A stretch of DNA of 64,000 nucleotides from an uncultured delta proteobacterium (GTDB lineage Bacteria > Myxococcota_A > Polyangia > Fen-1088): positions 2,080,001-2,144,000 of the forward strand of contig CAVYGB010000002.1 in assembly GCA_963767925.1 (NCBI GenBank), written 5' to 3'. Of this stretch, positions 20,032 to 30,118 are shown piece by piece (within the stretch, counting starts at the first letter, position 1; every line of letters begins with the position of its first letter). The notes below the pieces were generated by a model. That model saw nothing but the letters and a program-made list of their open reading frames with translations, was not told where the DNA came from and did no database searches. The translations under genes and the position numbers were made by a program.

Positions 20032-21198
20032 ATGAAACTGCTATTCATTGCCGAAAAGTATCCTCCCATCGTGGGGGGTGGTGAGACCCAGCTGGAGCAA
20101 CTGGCGACCTCGTTGGTGTCGCTGGGTCACCAGGTCACGGTCGCCACCGACCGGGAGGGAGTGGGAGCCGCGCCCGACCCTCGGGGCGTGCGTCTGGTCC
20201 ACCTGGCCGGGCTGCGCCGCGCTTGCAGCAGCCTGGACTGCCACCAGGCCGTCCAGAGCATCTCCAGATTGCTGGCCAGCGAGGCGCCCGACGCCCTTCA
20301 CGTGGTCAACTATGTCCCCGCCCTGCTGCTCAGCTGGTTGCGCCCAGCAATCCGGGTCCCGCTGCTCTTCTCGAGCTTCGAGACGCTCATCCCCGCTCAG
20401 CGGGTGTTCGGGTTGTATGAGGATTTCCCGCTGGAGGATACCCTGCGCCGCTCGGTGGCGACGCGGCTGGTCCCGGACATCGTGTTCTGTGGATCCGAGG
20501 CGTATCGCCAGTGGGCGCTCGCGGGCGGGTTCGACCCAGACAGGCTGCGTGTCATCCCGCACTCCACCGACGTGGAGCGGTTCGCCTTCTCCGCCGACGC
20601 CCGGGCCAGCGGACGCAAGCGCCGGGGTTGGAGCCCGTCGGATTTCGTGTTCCTGGTCCCCGCTCGACCGATTCCGCGCAAGCGGATCGAGGACCTGCTG
20701 GCCGCGGTCTCCCGCCTACCCGGCCGGCGACGGCCCAAGGTAACGCTCACCCTTCCGGCCGCGCGGGGCGATGGGGCGTATCTGGATCGCCTGCGCGCGC
20801 AGATAGCGCGTGAGCACCTGGAAGACGTCGTCCATTGGGAACCGGACCTGGCCTGGACCGACATGCCTGCCCTGTACAGCGCTTGCGACGCGGTCGTGCT
20901 CCCCTCCGCCAGGGAAGGGTTTGCCATCGCGCTCATCGAAGGCATGGCGGCATCCCGGCCGGTGATTGCCACCGACATAGAGGGTCCGAATGAGTTCGTC
21001 GTCCATGGCGTCACGGGCCTGCTCTATCAAGCGGGAAATGTCGGCCAGCTGGCCGAGCTCTTGGCCCGAGTCATGGAGACCGACACTTCGGCCATGGCGG
21101 AGACGGCTCTGGCCATGACCAGGGAGCGCTACTCGGCGGGTGCGATGGCCCGTCGCTTCGCGGACGTCTATCAGGAGGCCTGTCGTGCCGGGCGCTGA
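20032..21198 (+). CDS. Glycosyltransferase family 4
   Basis: KYPPIVGGGE, PRKRIEDLL, and EGFAIALIEGMA (E-x7-E). Confidence 0.92.
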   Translation: MKLLFIAEKYPPIVGGGETQLEQLATSLVSLGHQVTVATDREGVGAAPDPRGVRLVHLAGLRRACSSLDCHQAVQSISRLLASEAPDALHVVNYVPALLLSWLRPAIRVPLLFSSFETLIPAQRVFGLYEDFPLEDTLRRSVATRLVPDIVFCGSEAYRQWALAGGFDPDRLRVIPHSTDVERFAFSADARASGRKRRGWSPSDFVFLVPARPIPRKRIEDLLAAVSRLPGRRRPKVTLTLPAARGDGAYLDRLRAQIAREHLEDVVHWEPDLAWTDMPALYSACDAVVLPSAREGFAIALIEGMAASRPVIATDIEGPNEFVVHGVTGLLYQAGNVGQLAELLARVMETDTSAMAETALAMTRERYSAGAMARRFADVYQEACRAGR

Positions 21199-22075
21199 GA
21201 AGGTCACCGCCGGAACGCTGGCGCCAGCTAGCGGGATGGCCGTCGCCTTGTGCGTCGACGCCAAATACGTGACGGGCGCCGCGGTGACTATCGCCTCCCT
21301 CGCCGGGCACACCCCATCGCCCCTTCACATCTGGGTGCTACACGGGGGACTGGGAGACCCCGAGCTCGACCTGCTGAGACGCGCGGCCGACCTCGGCGGT
21401 GCGACCCTCCACCTCCGGACGATGTCGCAGCGAAAGATCGATCTGCCGGTTCGCTCGGACTACATCAGCACCGCCACGTTCGGTCGCCTCCTGCTCGCCG
21501 AGGCCCTGCCGTCCACCCTGAGCCGCGTCCTCTACCTCGATTGCGATCTCCTGGTGACTGGAGATCCGAGCGGGCTCTGGCAGACGGATCTGCGTGGTGC
21601 CGTCCTGGGCGCCGTGCCCGAGGCGACGACCGGCGTGGCCGGCACGCCCCGCACCTACGAACATCCGCAGGACCCGAGGCTGGACCCCGCGGATCCCTAT
21701 TTCAACGCCGGCGTTCTCCTCATCGACCTGGCGATGTGGCGTCAAAAGCGGGTCGGCGAGCGCGCGATCGCCTACATCCGGCGAAATCGTCCGCCCTTGA
21801 TGGATCAGGATGCGCTCAATGCCTGCCTGGTGGGCCGCTGGCTGCCGCTCGACCGCGCCTGGAACGTGACCACGTTCTGGTTCCGCTGCCGGAGTCGCCA
21901 GCGCCGCTACCGCGCGCTCCTGGCCCGAGCCAAGATCGTACATTTCGTGGGGCACCGGAAGCCCTGGCTCCGTGCCGACGTCTGGATGGGCCAGCGATGG
22001 CATCGACATCTGCGCACGCTGGGCGGCGAGGCGAGGCCCGCGCTGGCGGAGATGCAGCTTGGGCCGGCGCGATGA
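21185..22075 (+). CDS. Glycosyltransferase family 8
   Basis: AGGAGG RBS with GTG start; VLYLDCD, YFNAGVLLIDL, DQDALN and HFVGHRKPW. Confidence 0.92.
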   Translation: MPGAEKVTAGTLAPASGMAVALCVDAKYVTGAAVTIASLAGHTPSPLHIWVLHGGLGDPELDLLRRAADLGGATLHLRTMSQRKIDLPVRSDYISTATFGRLLLAEALPSTLSRVLYLDCDLLVTGDPSGLWQTDLRGAVLGAVPEATTGVAGTPRTYEHPQDPRLDPADPYFNAGVLLIDLAMWRQKRVGERAIAYIRRNRPPLMDQDALNACLVGRWLPLDRAWNVTTFWFRCRSRQRRYRALLARAKIVHFVGHRKPWLRADVWMGQRWHRHLRTLGGEARPALAEMQLGPAR

Positions 22076-23844
22076 ACATCCTGCAGTATGCTCGGACCTC
22101 TCCGCATTGCGCGCCCTGGCGCGCCGGTCGCCCGGTCTGGCCGGTCACCAGCGACGATGACCTGCTGAGCTTGAGGGCCACGGCGACCCTCTTCGGCGCC
22201 CGCCTCGAGCAGGTGGAGCCCGATCGCCTGTCGAGCGCGGCGGCTGCGTCCGAGTCTGGCGGATCGCTCGTCATGTATCCGGACCCTCGTCTGTCCGAGC
22301 TGGCCGGGCTCTATGCCCACCTGACCTCGCGGACGGCGATCCAGCTCCCGCTGGCCGAGGTGTCGCGTGCGCTGCCCGACCTCGTCGTCTGCCTGTGGGA
22401 GCACCTGTCGCTGGATCTCCTGGGCGACATTCACCGGGCGTGTCTGGAACGGCCGCTGGGCCTGCTGGTCGCCCCTACCTTGGGTGAGCTTCGCGAAAGG
22501 TTGATCCGTGCCGCCGCCGCGGCGTCGCTGGAGCCGCCCGAGCGGGGGGCGATCCTGGCGGTGCACGGCTCGGACGCGGGACCCCGAGCGAGAGCGCACT
22601 CTGGCGAACCTTCCGGGCTGGGGGCGCTGCTGCACCAGGGACACAGCGACGGGCTCGATCTGAGCTTCGGCCCTGGCGAGGTTCTCTGCGACGTCCGCCG
22701 ACAGATGGTTGGCGGAAGGTCTGGGGCGGCCGCGTTGCCCTGCGTCCAGCGCGGGCATTGCTATCGGCTCGACCAACCGCTGTCGTCCGCACTGACGGGC
22801 GGCCGCTTGCTTGCCCCCAGCGATCTCCGGGCGCGGGCGGCGGTCTTCCTCACCTGCTTCGGTGTCTCCACGAGCGACGCTCTCGTCCCGCCGTCCTGGT
22901 CATTGCTGGACGGCTTGCTTGCCTCGCCGTCACTGGGCTGTGTCGCCACCGCGTTCGGTGTCTCCCTCCCGGACCGTACAATCATCGAGGCGCTGACCCG
23001 TGGGCTGAGCGAGGGGCACACCATCGGGCAAGTGCTCTATCAGAACTCCGAGCTACCCTCCGGTGCCCGGGAGCGCTGTCGGCTGTTGCTGTTCGGCGAT
23101 CCTCGCACGCGCCCGCTCCGACCGGCTCCGGTAGTTCAGGGGCAGGTCCGGCCCAGCCCATCTCGTGGCCAGGGAAATGGGAATGAGCCGACCGGGATGC
23201 CTGCTGTGTGGACGACCGGCAGCCGCGCCGGGTTCCTGCTCGACCTCGTCGTCTTCGCGGGCACCCGATCGCCGGGATTGATCGACCGCCTGTCCCGCTT
23301 CGCCGCAGAACACAGCTCGAACCCGCCGGGTGATGACGCCTTCGCACGTCTTCTCGACGGGCTCGCGCCGCTGTGGGACCACTGGCCCGCTCTCTGCGGT
23401 CGCCCCCGCCACGTGCTGGATACGCCCCTCTGTCCGGGGTGTGGCAGAGCCGGTGATAGTTTTCGCTTCGACCTCAGCCAGGCGGGCAGCTCCCGGGTTC
23501 TCAGTACTTGTGCCCGCTGCGGCGTCTTTCGAGACATCGAGGGGGACTCCGCGCTGGCGGCTTTGCCCCCCCGGATCTGTCAGGGCGTGGTCGAGATCCC
23601 CGATGAGGTATCCGACGGCTGGGTGATGCTGAAGTACCGGGACCAGCGGAAGAAATCAACCTACTGGGCGCTCGCCCCCGCCCGGGAGCGCCGGCAGGTC
23701 ATCGTGCCAGCTCCCGCCCGGGTGAAGGCGGGTGCTGGCCTGGCAATCTTGATCGTCATCTATCTACGCAAGTTCGAAATGGCCGGCTGGCAATTCGCAC
23801 TGCACGTCGCAGAGAGTGAGGAGGACAACGGTGCTGAGAACTGA
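22072..23844 (+). CDS. Hypothetical protein with clan-CD (C25/CHAT-like) peptidase features and a C-terminal Zn ribbon
   Basis: ATGA overlap with GT8; QGHSDG, VFLTCFG and LLFGDP; CPGC...CARC pair. Confidence 0.6.
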   Translation: MNILQYARTSPHCAPWRAGRPVWPVTSDDDLLSLRATATLFGARLEQVEPDRLSSAAAASESGGSLVMYPDPRLSELAGLYAHLTSRTAIQLPLAEVSRALPDLVVCLWEHLSLDLLGDIHRACLERPLGLLVAPTLGELRERLIRAAAAASLEPPERGAILAVHGSDAGPRARAHSGEPSGLGALLHQGHSDGLDLSFGPGEVLCDVRRQMVGGRSGAAALPCVQRGHCYRLDQPLSSALTGGRLLAPSDLRARAAVFLTCFGVSTSDALVPPSWSLLDGLLASPSLGCVATAFGVSLPDRTIIEALTRGLSEGHTIGQVLYQNSELPSGARERCRLLLFGDPRTRPLRPAPVVQGQVRPSPSRGQGNGNEPTGMPAVWTTGSRAGFLLDLVVFAGTRSPGLIDRLSRFAAEHSSNPPGDDAFARLLDGLAPLWDHWPALCGRPRHVLDTPLCPGCGRAGDSFRFDLSQAGSSRVLSTCARCGVFRDIEGDSALAALPPRICQGVVEIPDEVSDGWVMLKYRDQRKKSTYWALAPARERRQVIVPAPARVKAGAGLAILIVIYLRKFEMAGWQFALHVAESEEDNGAEN

Positions 23845-25348
23845 AAATGGAGGCTCCCACTCCGTCGACGAGCTCGATCTGGGCCGCGGAGACGCCGCCG
23901 AGCCCTCGTCAGCCCTGGAGAGCGAGACCCAACTGCTGCGGGAATGGGGCCGAGAGCACCTGTGGATGCAGGGCGAGCGGGCCAACGATCTGCAGGCCAA
24001 GAATCGTTACCACATCATCGTTCGCGGCGAGGGCTGCTACATCTACGACATCGAGGGCAGACGCTTCATCGATGGCAACGCCAGTGGCTTCGTCAAATCC
24101 ATCGGCCACGGCCGGCCCGAGATCCGCGAGGCGGTCGCCGCCCAGCTGTCCCGGCTGAGCCACACTCCAAATTCCTTCGGCCAAGCGACCGTGCCCGCCA
24201 TCCAGCTGGCCAGGAAGCTGGCGGAGCTGACACCGGAGCCATTGCACCGGACGTTCTTCTGCACGGGTGGCAGCCACGCCATCGAGGTTGCCGTGCAGCT
24301 CGCTCGTCAGTGGCAGCAGATTCGGGGTCAGACGCGCAGGTTCAAGATCATCTCCCGACGTCCCGACTACCATGGCTCGACCTACGGTGCGATGAGCCTC
24401 GGCTCCCGGACCGATCTGAACCACAGCCTGTTCGAGCCGCTCATGCCCGGGGTGGTCCAGGTCGAGGCACCCAACTGGCTGCGCTGCCCCTGGGGCCATC
24501 GGGACGCTGGCGCGGACGGGTGCTGCGATCTCAGCATCACCAGCCTCCGCCAGACAATCGAGGGCGAGGGGGCGAATACCATCGCGGCGCTCGTGGCGAC
24601 GCCGTTCCGGGTGGGCGGCTCGCTGCCGCCCAGGGACTACTGGCCGCAGGTGAAGCGTCTCTGCGAGGAAAACGGCATCGTGCTCATCGCGGACGAGGTG
24701 ACGCTGGGCCTGGGGCGACTTGGTAGCTGGTTGGCGCTGGAGCGCTTCGGTGTCGTTCCGGACATCGTCGCCTTCGGCAAGGGGCTCACGAGCGGAGAGC
24801 TGCCGGTGGGTGCCGTCATGGCCAGCCGAGAAATCGCCGGAGCTTTCGACAGCGCCCCGCGTGCCGTGGGAAAGTTCAACCACGGATCCACGTTCGGCGC
24901 GCATCCGGTGGTGATGGCGGCCGCCCTGGAAAACCTCCGCATCATCGAGAGCGAGGGGTTGCTGGACAACGCGAACCTGATGGGCACCCATCTGTATCGT
25001 CGTCTGCTCGAGATCCAGGAGCGACACCCGAGCATCGAATATGTGTCAGGGGGCCTGGGCCTGCTAGCGAGCCTCTCCATCGTGCGCAACCGTGCCACCC
25101 GAGAGCGGTACCCCGGCGGTACGGAAGGCCCCGCGCTCACCCGTCTGGCGCAGGCGGTACGCGCCGGGGGCCTCTCCCTTCGCGTCAGCAACACGATCAA
25201 CATCAGCCCGCCCCTCACTGTGACGCGGGCGCTGGTTGACGAGATCGTCGACGTCCTCGATCGCGCACTGTCCGAGATGGAAGAGGCCTTCCCACCCGAA
25301 GCCCCGACCGGACCGTTGTCCCCCAACCCGACTGCTGGAATGTCATGA
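23831..25348 (+). CDS. Class III PLP-dependent aminotransferase
   Basis: YHGST, LIADEVTLGLGRLG, PDIVAFGKGLTSG, HGSTFGAHP and ISPPL. Confidence 0.92.
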   Translation: MLRTENGGSHSVDELDLGRGDAAEPSSALESETQLLREWGREHLWMQGERANDLQAKNRYHIIVRGEGCYIYDIEGRRFIDGNASGFVKSIGHGRPEIREAVAAQLSRLSHTPNSFGQATVPAIQLARKLAELTPEPLHRTFFCTGGSHAIEVAVQLARQWQQIRGQTRRFKIISRRPDYHGSTYGAMSLGSRTDLNHSLFEPLMPGVVQVEAPNWLRCPWGHRDAGADGCCDLSITSLRQTIEGEGANTIAALVATPFRVGGSLPPRDYWPQVKRLCEENGIVLIADEVTLGLGRLGSWLALERFGVVPDIVAFGKGLTSGELPVGAVMASREIAGAFDSAPRAVGKFNHGSTFGAHPVVMAAALENLRIIESEGLLDNANLMGTHLYRRLLEIQERHPSIEYVSGGLGLLASLSIVRNRATRERYPGGTEGPALTRLAQAVRAGGLSLRVSNTINISPPLTVTRALVDEIVDVLDRALSEMEEAFPPEAPTGPLSPNPTAGMS

Positions 25349-26346
25349 ACACCATCGCCACCCCACGCCGCACCGGATTTGGTCCCTCGCCCTTCACGAT
25401 GGGGACCTGGCCCCTCAGCGGGAGCGGGCACTACGGGGAAGTCGACGAACGGGAAGCCATCCACACCATCCACGCCGCCCTCGAGGTCGGGGTGACCAGC
25501 TTCGATACCGCGCCCGGATATGGGCAGGGCTATGCCGAGAGCCTGCTGGGAGCCGCCCTGGAGGGACGTCGAGACCGGGCGATCATCACCACCAAGTTCG
25601 GCCTGATCTCCGGTCGCGATCGCCACAGCGGCCGGGCCTCCATGCTGGCCGAGATCGATCAAAGCCTGAAACGTCTCCGCACCGACTACGTCGACTACTA
25701 TGTCGGGCACTGGCCAGACCCAGTCACCCCGCTGGAAGAGACCATGGGGGCGCTCGACGACATAGTGCGTGCGGGCAAAGCGCGACGGGTGGGGCTCTCC
25801 AACTACACCCTCGAGCTGGTGCAGCGATGTCGAGCCATTCGCCCCATCGATGTGGTCCAGGTCGGATACAGCCTCTTCGACCGGCGCATGGAGTCGGACC
25901 TGTTTCCCTACTGCCTGGAGCACGGAATCGCCATCATGACCTACGGCCCGCTGGTCCACGGGTTGGTGATTGATGGGATCAGCGAGGACACCACTTACCC
26001 GGCCAGCGACTGGCGCGCCAAGGGATGTGCAATGGGCCAGCCGTTGTTGACCCGGGAGAACCTTTTGCACAACGCTCGGGTCGTTCGCCGCCTGCGTGAG
26101 GAAGTGGCCCGACCCAAGGGTATGACCGTCTCGCAGCTGGCGCTCAGCTGGGTACTTGACCACCCGGCCGTCACCACCGCGCTGGTAGGCGCGCGCAACC
26201 GGTCGGAGCTGCGGGAGGACGTGGTCAGGCCCACCCCCCTCGGCCCCGCCGATCGGGACCAGATCGAGGAGATCATGGCGGGCGCGCGGGGGCGCGTGAA
26301 AGTCTTCCGTCCCTACGGTCGGGCTCGCGAGGACTGGAGCCAGTGA
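25345..26346 (+). CDS. Aldo/keto reductase
   Basis: FDTAPGYG, TKFG, SLKRLRTDYVD, HWPD and GLSN. Confidence 0.92.
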   Translation: MNTIATPRRTGFGPSPFTMGTWPLSGSGHYGEVDEREAIHTIHAALEVGVTSFDTAPGYGQGYAESLLGAALEGRRDRAIITTKFGLISGRDRHSGRASMLAEIDQSLKRLRTDYVDYYVGHWPDPVTPLEETMGALDDIVRAGKARRVGLSNYTLELVQRCRAIRPIDVVQVGYSLFDRRMESDLFPYCLEHGIAIMTYGPLVHGLVIDGISEDTTYPASDWRAKGCAMGQPLLTRENLLHNARVVRRLREEVARPKGMTVSQLALSWVLDHPAVTTALVGARNRSELREDVVRPTPLGPADRDQIEEIMAGARGRVKVFRPYGRAREDWSQ

Positions 26347-27107
26347 TGGAAGCACGACTAGACGGCGGGCGGGACACCACGAACGACTATCTTTTCGATG
26401 CCTGCGGGTATCTGAGGCACCGGAGCCATCTCGACGCCGCGAGAGTGGCCCAGCTCCTCGAAGCGCTGGCGCCGCGCTGGGAGACCACCACCAGCGTCGG
26501 CACCGAACGCGTCCGTAGCCTGGTTGGCGTCTCGGATCGTTTCGTCGACCTGGCCAATCACCTCGCGCGCGACATGCAGGTCCAGCGCTACATCAACCAG
26601 CCGTACCGGCTGATCGAGAGCTACGGGTTGCGGCGTATCGCAGGCACGTCGTTGCCTCTGCACAATGGTTTCAGCCAGCGCCAGGTGTCGGTGACCGGCG
26701 ACAGCTCTTCGCGCTCTATGTGGAGACACCACACGTATCACGATGGCAAGACCTACTGCATGATGGTCAAGATCCTGCTTTACCTCACCGACGTGGCGAC
26801 GGAAGGGGACGGCCCCTTCTGTTTCGTGGAGGGATCACACAAGGCCAACTTTGCCTTGCCCATTCCGGGTCCGGAGGTCAATGCGTCCCTGGCCCAGCAG
26901 GTGCTTCCCAACGTGCGGGCGCTACCGGTGCTGGCGGGCGACGTTGTCGTCCTGAACGAGGCGCTGATGCACGGGACGCTCATCAAGACCACCAGCGCGC
27001 CGCGTGTGGTCCTCGCCTTTTCCTACGCCCCGCGTTTCGTGGCGGACTATGACGAGACGTCGGGTCCGGCCCTCCCCGCCGGCTCCGGCACCGGATTTTA
27101 TCCCTGA
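26343..27107 (+). CDS. Phytanoyl-CoA dioxygenase family (Fe(II)/2-oxoglutarate) protein
   Basis: LPLHNG, YLTDV...GPFCFVEGSHK, AGDVVVLNEALMHG and a distal R. Confidence 0.85.
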   Translation: MMEARLDGGRDTTNDYLFDACGYLRHRSHLDAARVAQLLEALAPRWETTTSVGTERVRSLVGVSDRFVDLANHLARDMQVQRYINQPYRLIESYGLRRIAGTSLPLHNGFSQRQVSVTGDSSSRSMWRHHTYHDGKTYCMMVKILLYLTDVATEGDGPFCFVEGSHKANFALPIPGPEVNASLAQQVLPNVRALPVLAGDVVVLNEALMHGTLIKTTSAPRVVLAFSYAPRFVADYDETSGPALPAGSGTGFYP

Positions 27108-27124
27108 CCCGCGGAGGCCCAGCC

Positions 27125-27814
27125 ATGGACGACCAGGCGCTGGCCGGTCCGGATCACATCGAATCCTGGCTGCGATCCCGGAGTGAGCCGGTGCTGCTGA
27201 TCGACGCCGGGGGTGTCATTTTCAACAACGTCATCGAGAGCTCCCCGTTCATGCTGGAGCTTGCGGTCAGATACCGAGTAGACGTCCAGGCGTTGCGGGC
27301 GGCCTACACCGCTCGCGACGTGTCCTTCGAGACCAACCTGGTGGGGGTGCATCGCGTCCTGTCAGATTGTCTGGAAGGCCTGGGGTGTGGCCCCCTGGAC
27401 CCCCCGGCCTTCGCGTGGATCGACGACCAGTACCGGGCGTCGGTGATCCCCGATCGCGGACTGCTCGCGGCGCTGAGATCGGCACGGGCGGCCGGTAAGA
27501 CCCTGGTCCTGGCCAACAACGAAGCGGAGGCCTGGGATCGAATCAAGGACCGAGCGTTCGGCCACTTCGACCTGTTCGATCACCTTGCTTGCTCCTGGCG
27601 GCTGGGGGCTTGCAAGCCCACTCCGGCGTATTTCGAGCAACTCGACAGGTTGCTCTACCCCCAGCCGCGTTTCAACTGGCACCTGCTGGATGACAATCCA
27701 GCGGTGGTCGCCCAGGCCCACGCGATGGGCGTGGGCGCCACCCGCTACCAGTCGCGACCGGGACCGGTTCGCCCGCAATCCCCAGGCGATTGCGAGGCTC
27801 GTTCGTATGGCTGA
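27125..27814 (+). CDS. HAD-superfamily hydrolase
   Basis: LLIDAGGV, LANN, G-x-x-KP and LLDDN motifs. Confidence 0.8.
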   Translation: MDDQALAGPDHIESWLRSRSEPVLLIDAGGVIFNNVIESSPFMLELAVRYRVDVQALRAAYTARDVSFETNLVGVHRVLSDCLEGLGCGPLDPPAFAWIDDQYRASVIPDRGLLAALRSARAAGKTLVLANNEAEAWDRIKDRAFGHFDLFDHLACSWRLGACKPTPAYFEQLDRLLYPQPRFNWHLLDDNPAVVAQAHAMGVGATRYQSRPGPVRPQSPGDCEARSYG

Positions 27815-28802
27815 GGGGCTCCACTCCGAGCGAACGCGGGGCTGGCGGACACGCCTCGAAGCGCGCCGGGCGGCCGAGCCACCCCCGCCCATGCCCACGC
27901 GGGAGCAGATAGGCGCGGTCATCGCCCGGCACCGCCTCGACATTCAGGGAGAGGACACAAGACCCCTGCCTGCGATCGGCACCGTCAACCGCGCCTTGGC
28001 CCTCGGGCAGCGGTACGTGTTGCGGATCCCCAAGCCCACCGGCGCTGCGGAGACGCGCACCGAATCGGTCGCCGCTCCTGCCGCGAAGGCGGCGGGCCTG
28101 GCTACGCCGGCCCTGCTCGTCTACGACGATGCCTGCGACATCTTCACGGTGCCGTACACGGTCTTCGAGCGGGTCGAGGGCGAAAATTTCGGCCTATTCG
28201 ACCTGGAGTCCGGCGTGTCGGCGCAGATCTATGAGAGCCTCGGCCGGCAACTCGCTACCCTGCACCAGGCGGTCATGCACTGCCCGGACCCGCTGGGCTA
28301 TCTGGCCCGACCACAGCGAGCGGACCCGGTGGACCTCCTCGAACACCTGGGGTCCGAGGCGTTCCTCAGCCGCCACAACCTCGCCTGGCTGTCGCGCGTG
28401 ATCGCGCGCTTACGACCGGCAGTCGCCGAGGCCGCTCCCTACAGACGTTTTCTGCACAACGACCTGCTCGCGACCAACGTTCTGGTCCGCGACGGGAAGC
28501 TCGCGGCGATCATCGATTGGAATGCGGCCGGGTGGGGTGACCCGGCGCTCGAGTTCTGGGCGTTTCCCAGTCGCATCTTCCCCTGCGTCCTGGAGGGTTA
28601 CCAGCAGGTGGCCGGCATCGACGGAGCCGAGACACTGCCCGAGCGGATCCTCTGGGATCACCTCTGCCTGGCTCTGGAATCCCTGCTCGCCCCGCCCGAG
28701 AAGGGAAATCTCAGCTGGGGAACGCCGCCCTTCGCCCGTCTGGTCGAGATCCTGGCGATGGCGGCCCAGTATCAACCCTGGCAGTTGCTCCTCCGCCCGT
28801 GA
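27807..28802 (+). CDS. Aminoglycoside phosphotransferase/choline kinase-like protein
   Basis: YVLRIP, LHNDLLATNVLV, and IIDWNAAGWGDP. Confidence 0.85.
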   Translation: MAEGLHSERTRGWRTRLEARRAAEPPPPMPTREQIGAVIARHRLDIQGEDTRPLPAIGTVNRALALGQRYVLRIPKPTGAAETRTESVAAPAAKAAGLATPALLVYDDACDIFTVPYTVFERVEGENFGLFDLESGVSAQIYESLGRQLATLHQAVMHCPDPLGYLARPQRADPVDLLEHLGSEAFLSRHNLAWLSRVIARLRPAVAEAAPYRRFLHNDLLATNVLVRDGKLAAIIDWNAAGWGDPALEFWAFPSRIFPCVLEGYQQVAGIDGAETLPERILWDHLCLALESLLAPPEKGNLSWGTPPFARLVEILAMAAQYQPWQLLLRP

Positions 28803-29938
28803 CCGCCACGATGTCCCCTCGCGCGGCGCAGCCCTCGTCCCGGCCCCCGCCCTCGGCGGCGGACGCTAGGAGGTCGACGGGAAGGCCCCACATTCACCTG
28901 ATCAATTCGCTGCAGGGCCTGGGGGGCAGCGAGCTGCGGACGATAGACCTTTACCGCGAGCTAGGGAAAGAGGCCGACGTCGAGCTATGGAGCGAACAGG
29001 TCCCCGGCGCAGCCTTCGCCGATCTGCCTATCCGGCAACTCGACGCCGACCGGGGCTGGTTCCCACGGGACGGGACCCTGCTGTTCGTCGGTGTCTATTA
29101 CGCTCCGGTCGGTCCCTGGATCCGGTACGCCGCTGCCAGCCGGGTGATCATCGTTTACAATACCTTTGCCATAGCCAAGCTGGCCGGGCTGGTCAACCAG
29201 GTGCGGGCGGCCGGCTTGCCAGCTCCGGAGATCGTCTACACCTCGACTCTGGTGCGAACGACGGTCGAGAAGCCCGAGCGGTTCGCCGCCGCACCGCCCG
29301 ATCTGCTCGAAGCCTGCGCCGCTCTCCGGAATAGTATCGCTCCCCGGAGCGTCGTTCACCCATCGCCGATCGCCATCGATCGGTTTCTCGCCATTCCCCG
29401 CCGCGAGCGTCAGCCGGGCGCACCCCTGGTGGTGGGCCGCCACTCGCGCGATACCCTCGAGAAGTTTCACTCCGATGACCCGTCCTTGTTTCGCCGCCTG
29501 GCCGAGCAGGGCTTGCGCGTGCGGTTGATGGGCGCAACCTGCCTCGCCGATGAGATCGGCTCGACGCCCGGCATCGAGATCCTCCCCGTCGGCGCCGAGT
29601 CCCCGACCGAATTTCTCGCCAGCCTCGATGTGTTTCTGTATCGCGTCTCCTACGAGCGCTGGCTCGAGGCCCTGGGCCGGGTGATCCTCGAGGCCATGGC
29701 GGCTGGCCTCCCTTGCGTCTGCGAGCAGCGGGGCGGTCACGTCGAGCTCATCGAGCAAGGCACCAACGGCTTGCTGTTCCACCCTGCTCGCAGCGCCGAC
29801 GCGATCGCCATCATCGAGTACCTCCGCGACCACCCGGCGATAGGTCCCGCAGTTGGGGCAGCGGCCCGGCAGACGATCCGCGACCTCTACAGCCCCGCAC
29901 GTCGTCGGGAGACCCTGTCGTTCTATCTCGGCGGATGA
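28799..29938 (+). CDS. Glycosyltransferase (GT-B, family 4-like)
   Basis: GGSELR, GRHSRD, and EALGRVILEAMAAGLP. Confidence 0.85.
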   Translation: MTATMSPRAAQPSSRPPPSAADARRSTGRPHIHLINSLQGLGGSELRTIDLYRELGKEADVELWSEQVPGAAFADLPIRQLDADRGWFPRDGTLLFVGVYYAPVGPWIRYAAASRVIIVYNTFAIAKLAGLVNQVRAAGLPAPEIVYTSTLVRTTVEKPERFAAAPPDLLEACAALRNSIAPRSVVHPSPIAIDRFLAIPRRERQPGAPLVVGRHSRDTLEKFHSDDPSLFRRLAEQGLRVRLMGATCLADEIGSTPGIEILPVGAESPTEFLASLDVFLYRVSYERWLEALGRVILEAMAAGLPCVCEQRGGHVELIEQGTNGLLFHPARSADAIAIIEYLRDHPAIGPAVGAAARQTIRDLYSPARRRETLSFYLGG

Positions 29939-30118
29939 AGCGGCGCCGAATGCCGCATTTTAGGACATGGCTGCACCCACTCGCGTCTCCTAGTGTTGAA
30001 GAAGTCAGGTGTTTTGGCGCTAGGCGGGCCCGAGCGAAGCGAGGGAACCGAATACTTCGAAAACAGTCCTTAGCCTGTTCGGCACCGACACCTGTTCGTC
30101 CTCGATCCGGAGGTGCCG

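Noticed and set aside
21250..22071. N-terminal extension of the 864-aa ORF
   Set aside because: It overlaps GT8 in another frame with Arg/Pro-rich shadow composition; the real start is the ATGA overlap at 22072.
24637..26355. Long antisense ORFs here and throughout the window
   Set aside because: These are typical high-GC shadow frames opposite well-supported genes.
27807..28802. Acquired aminoglycoside resistance gene or class V lanthipeptide kinase
   Set aside because: It shows only generic APH-fold motifs within a biosynthetic operon; no HopA1-like lyase or Cys-containing precursor is seen.
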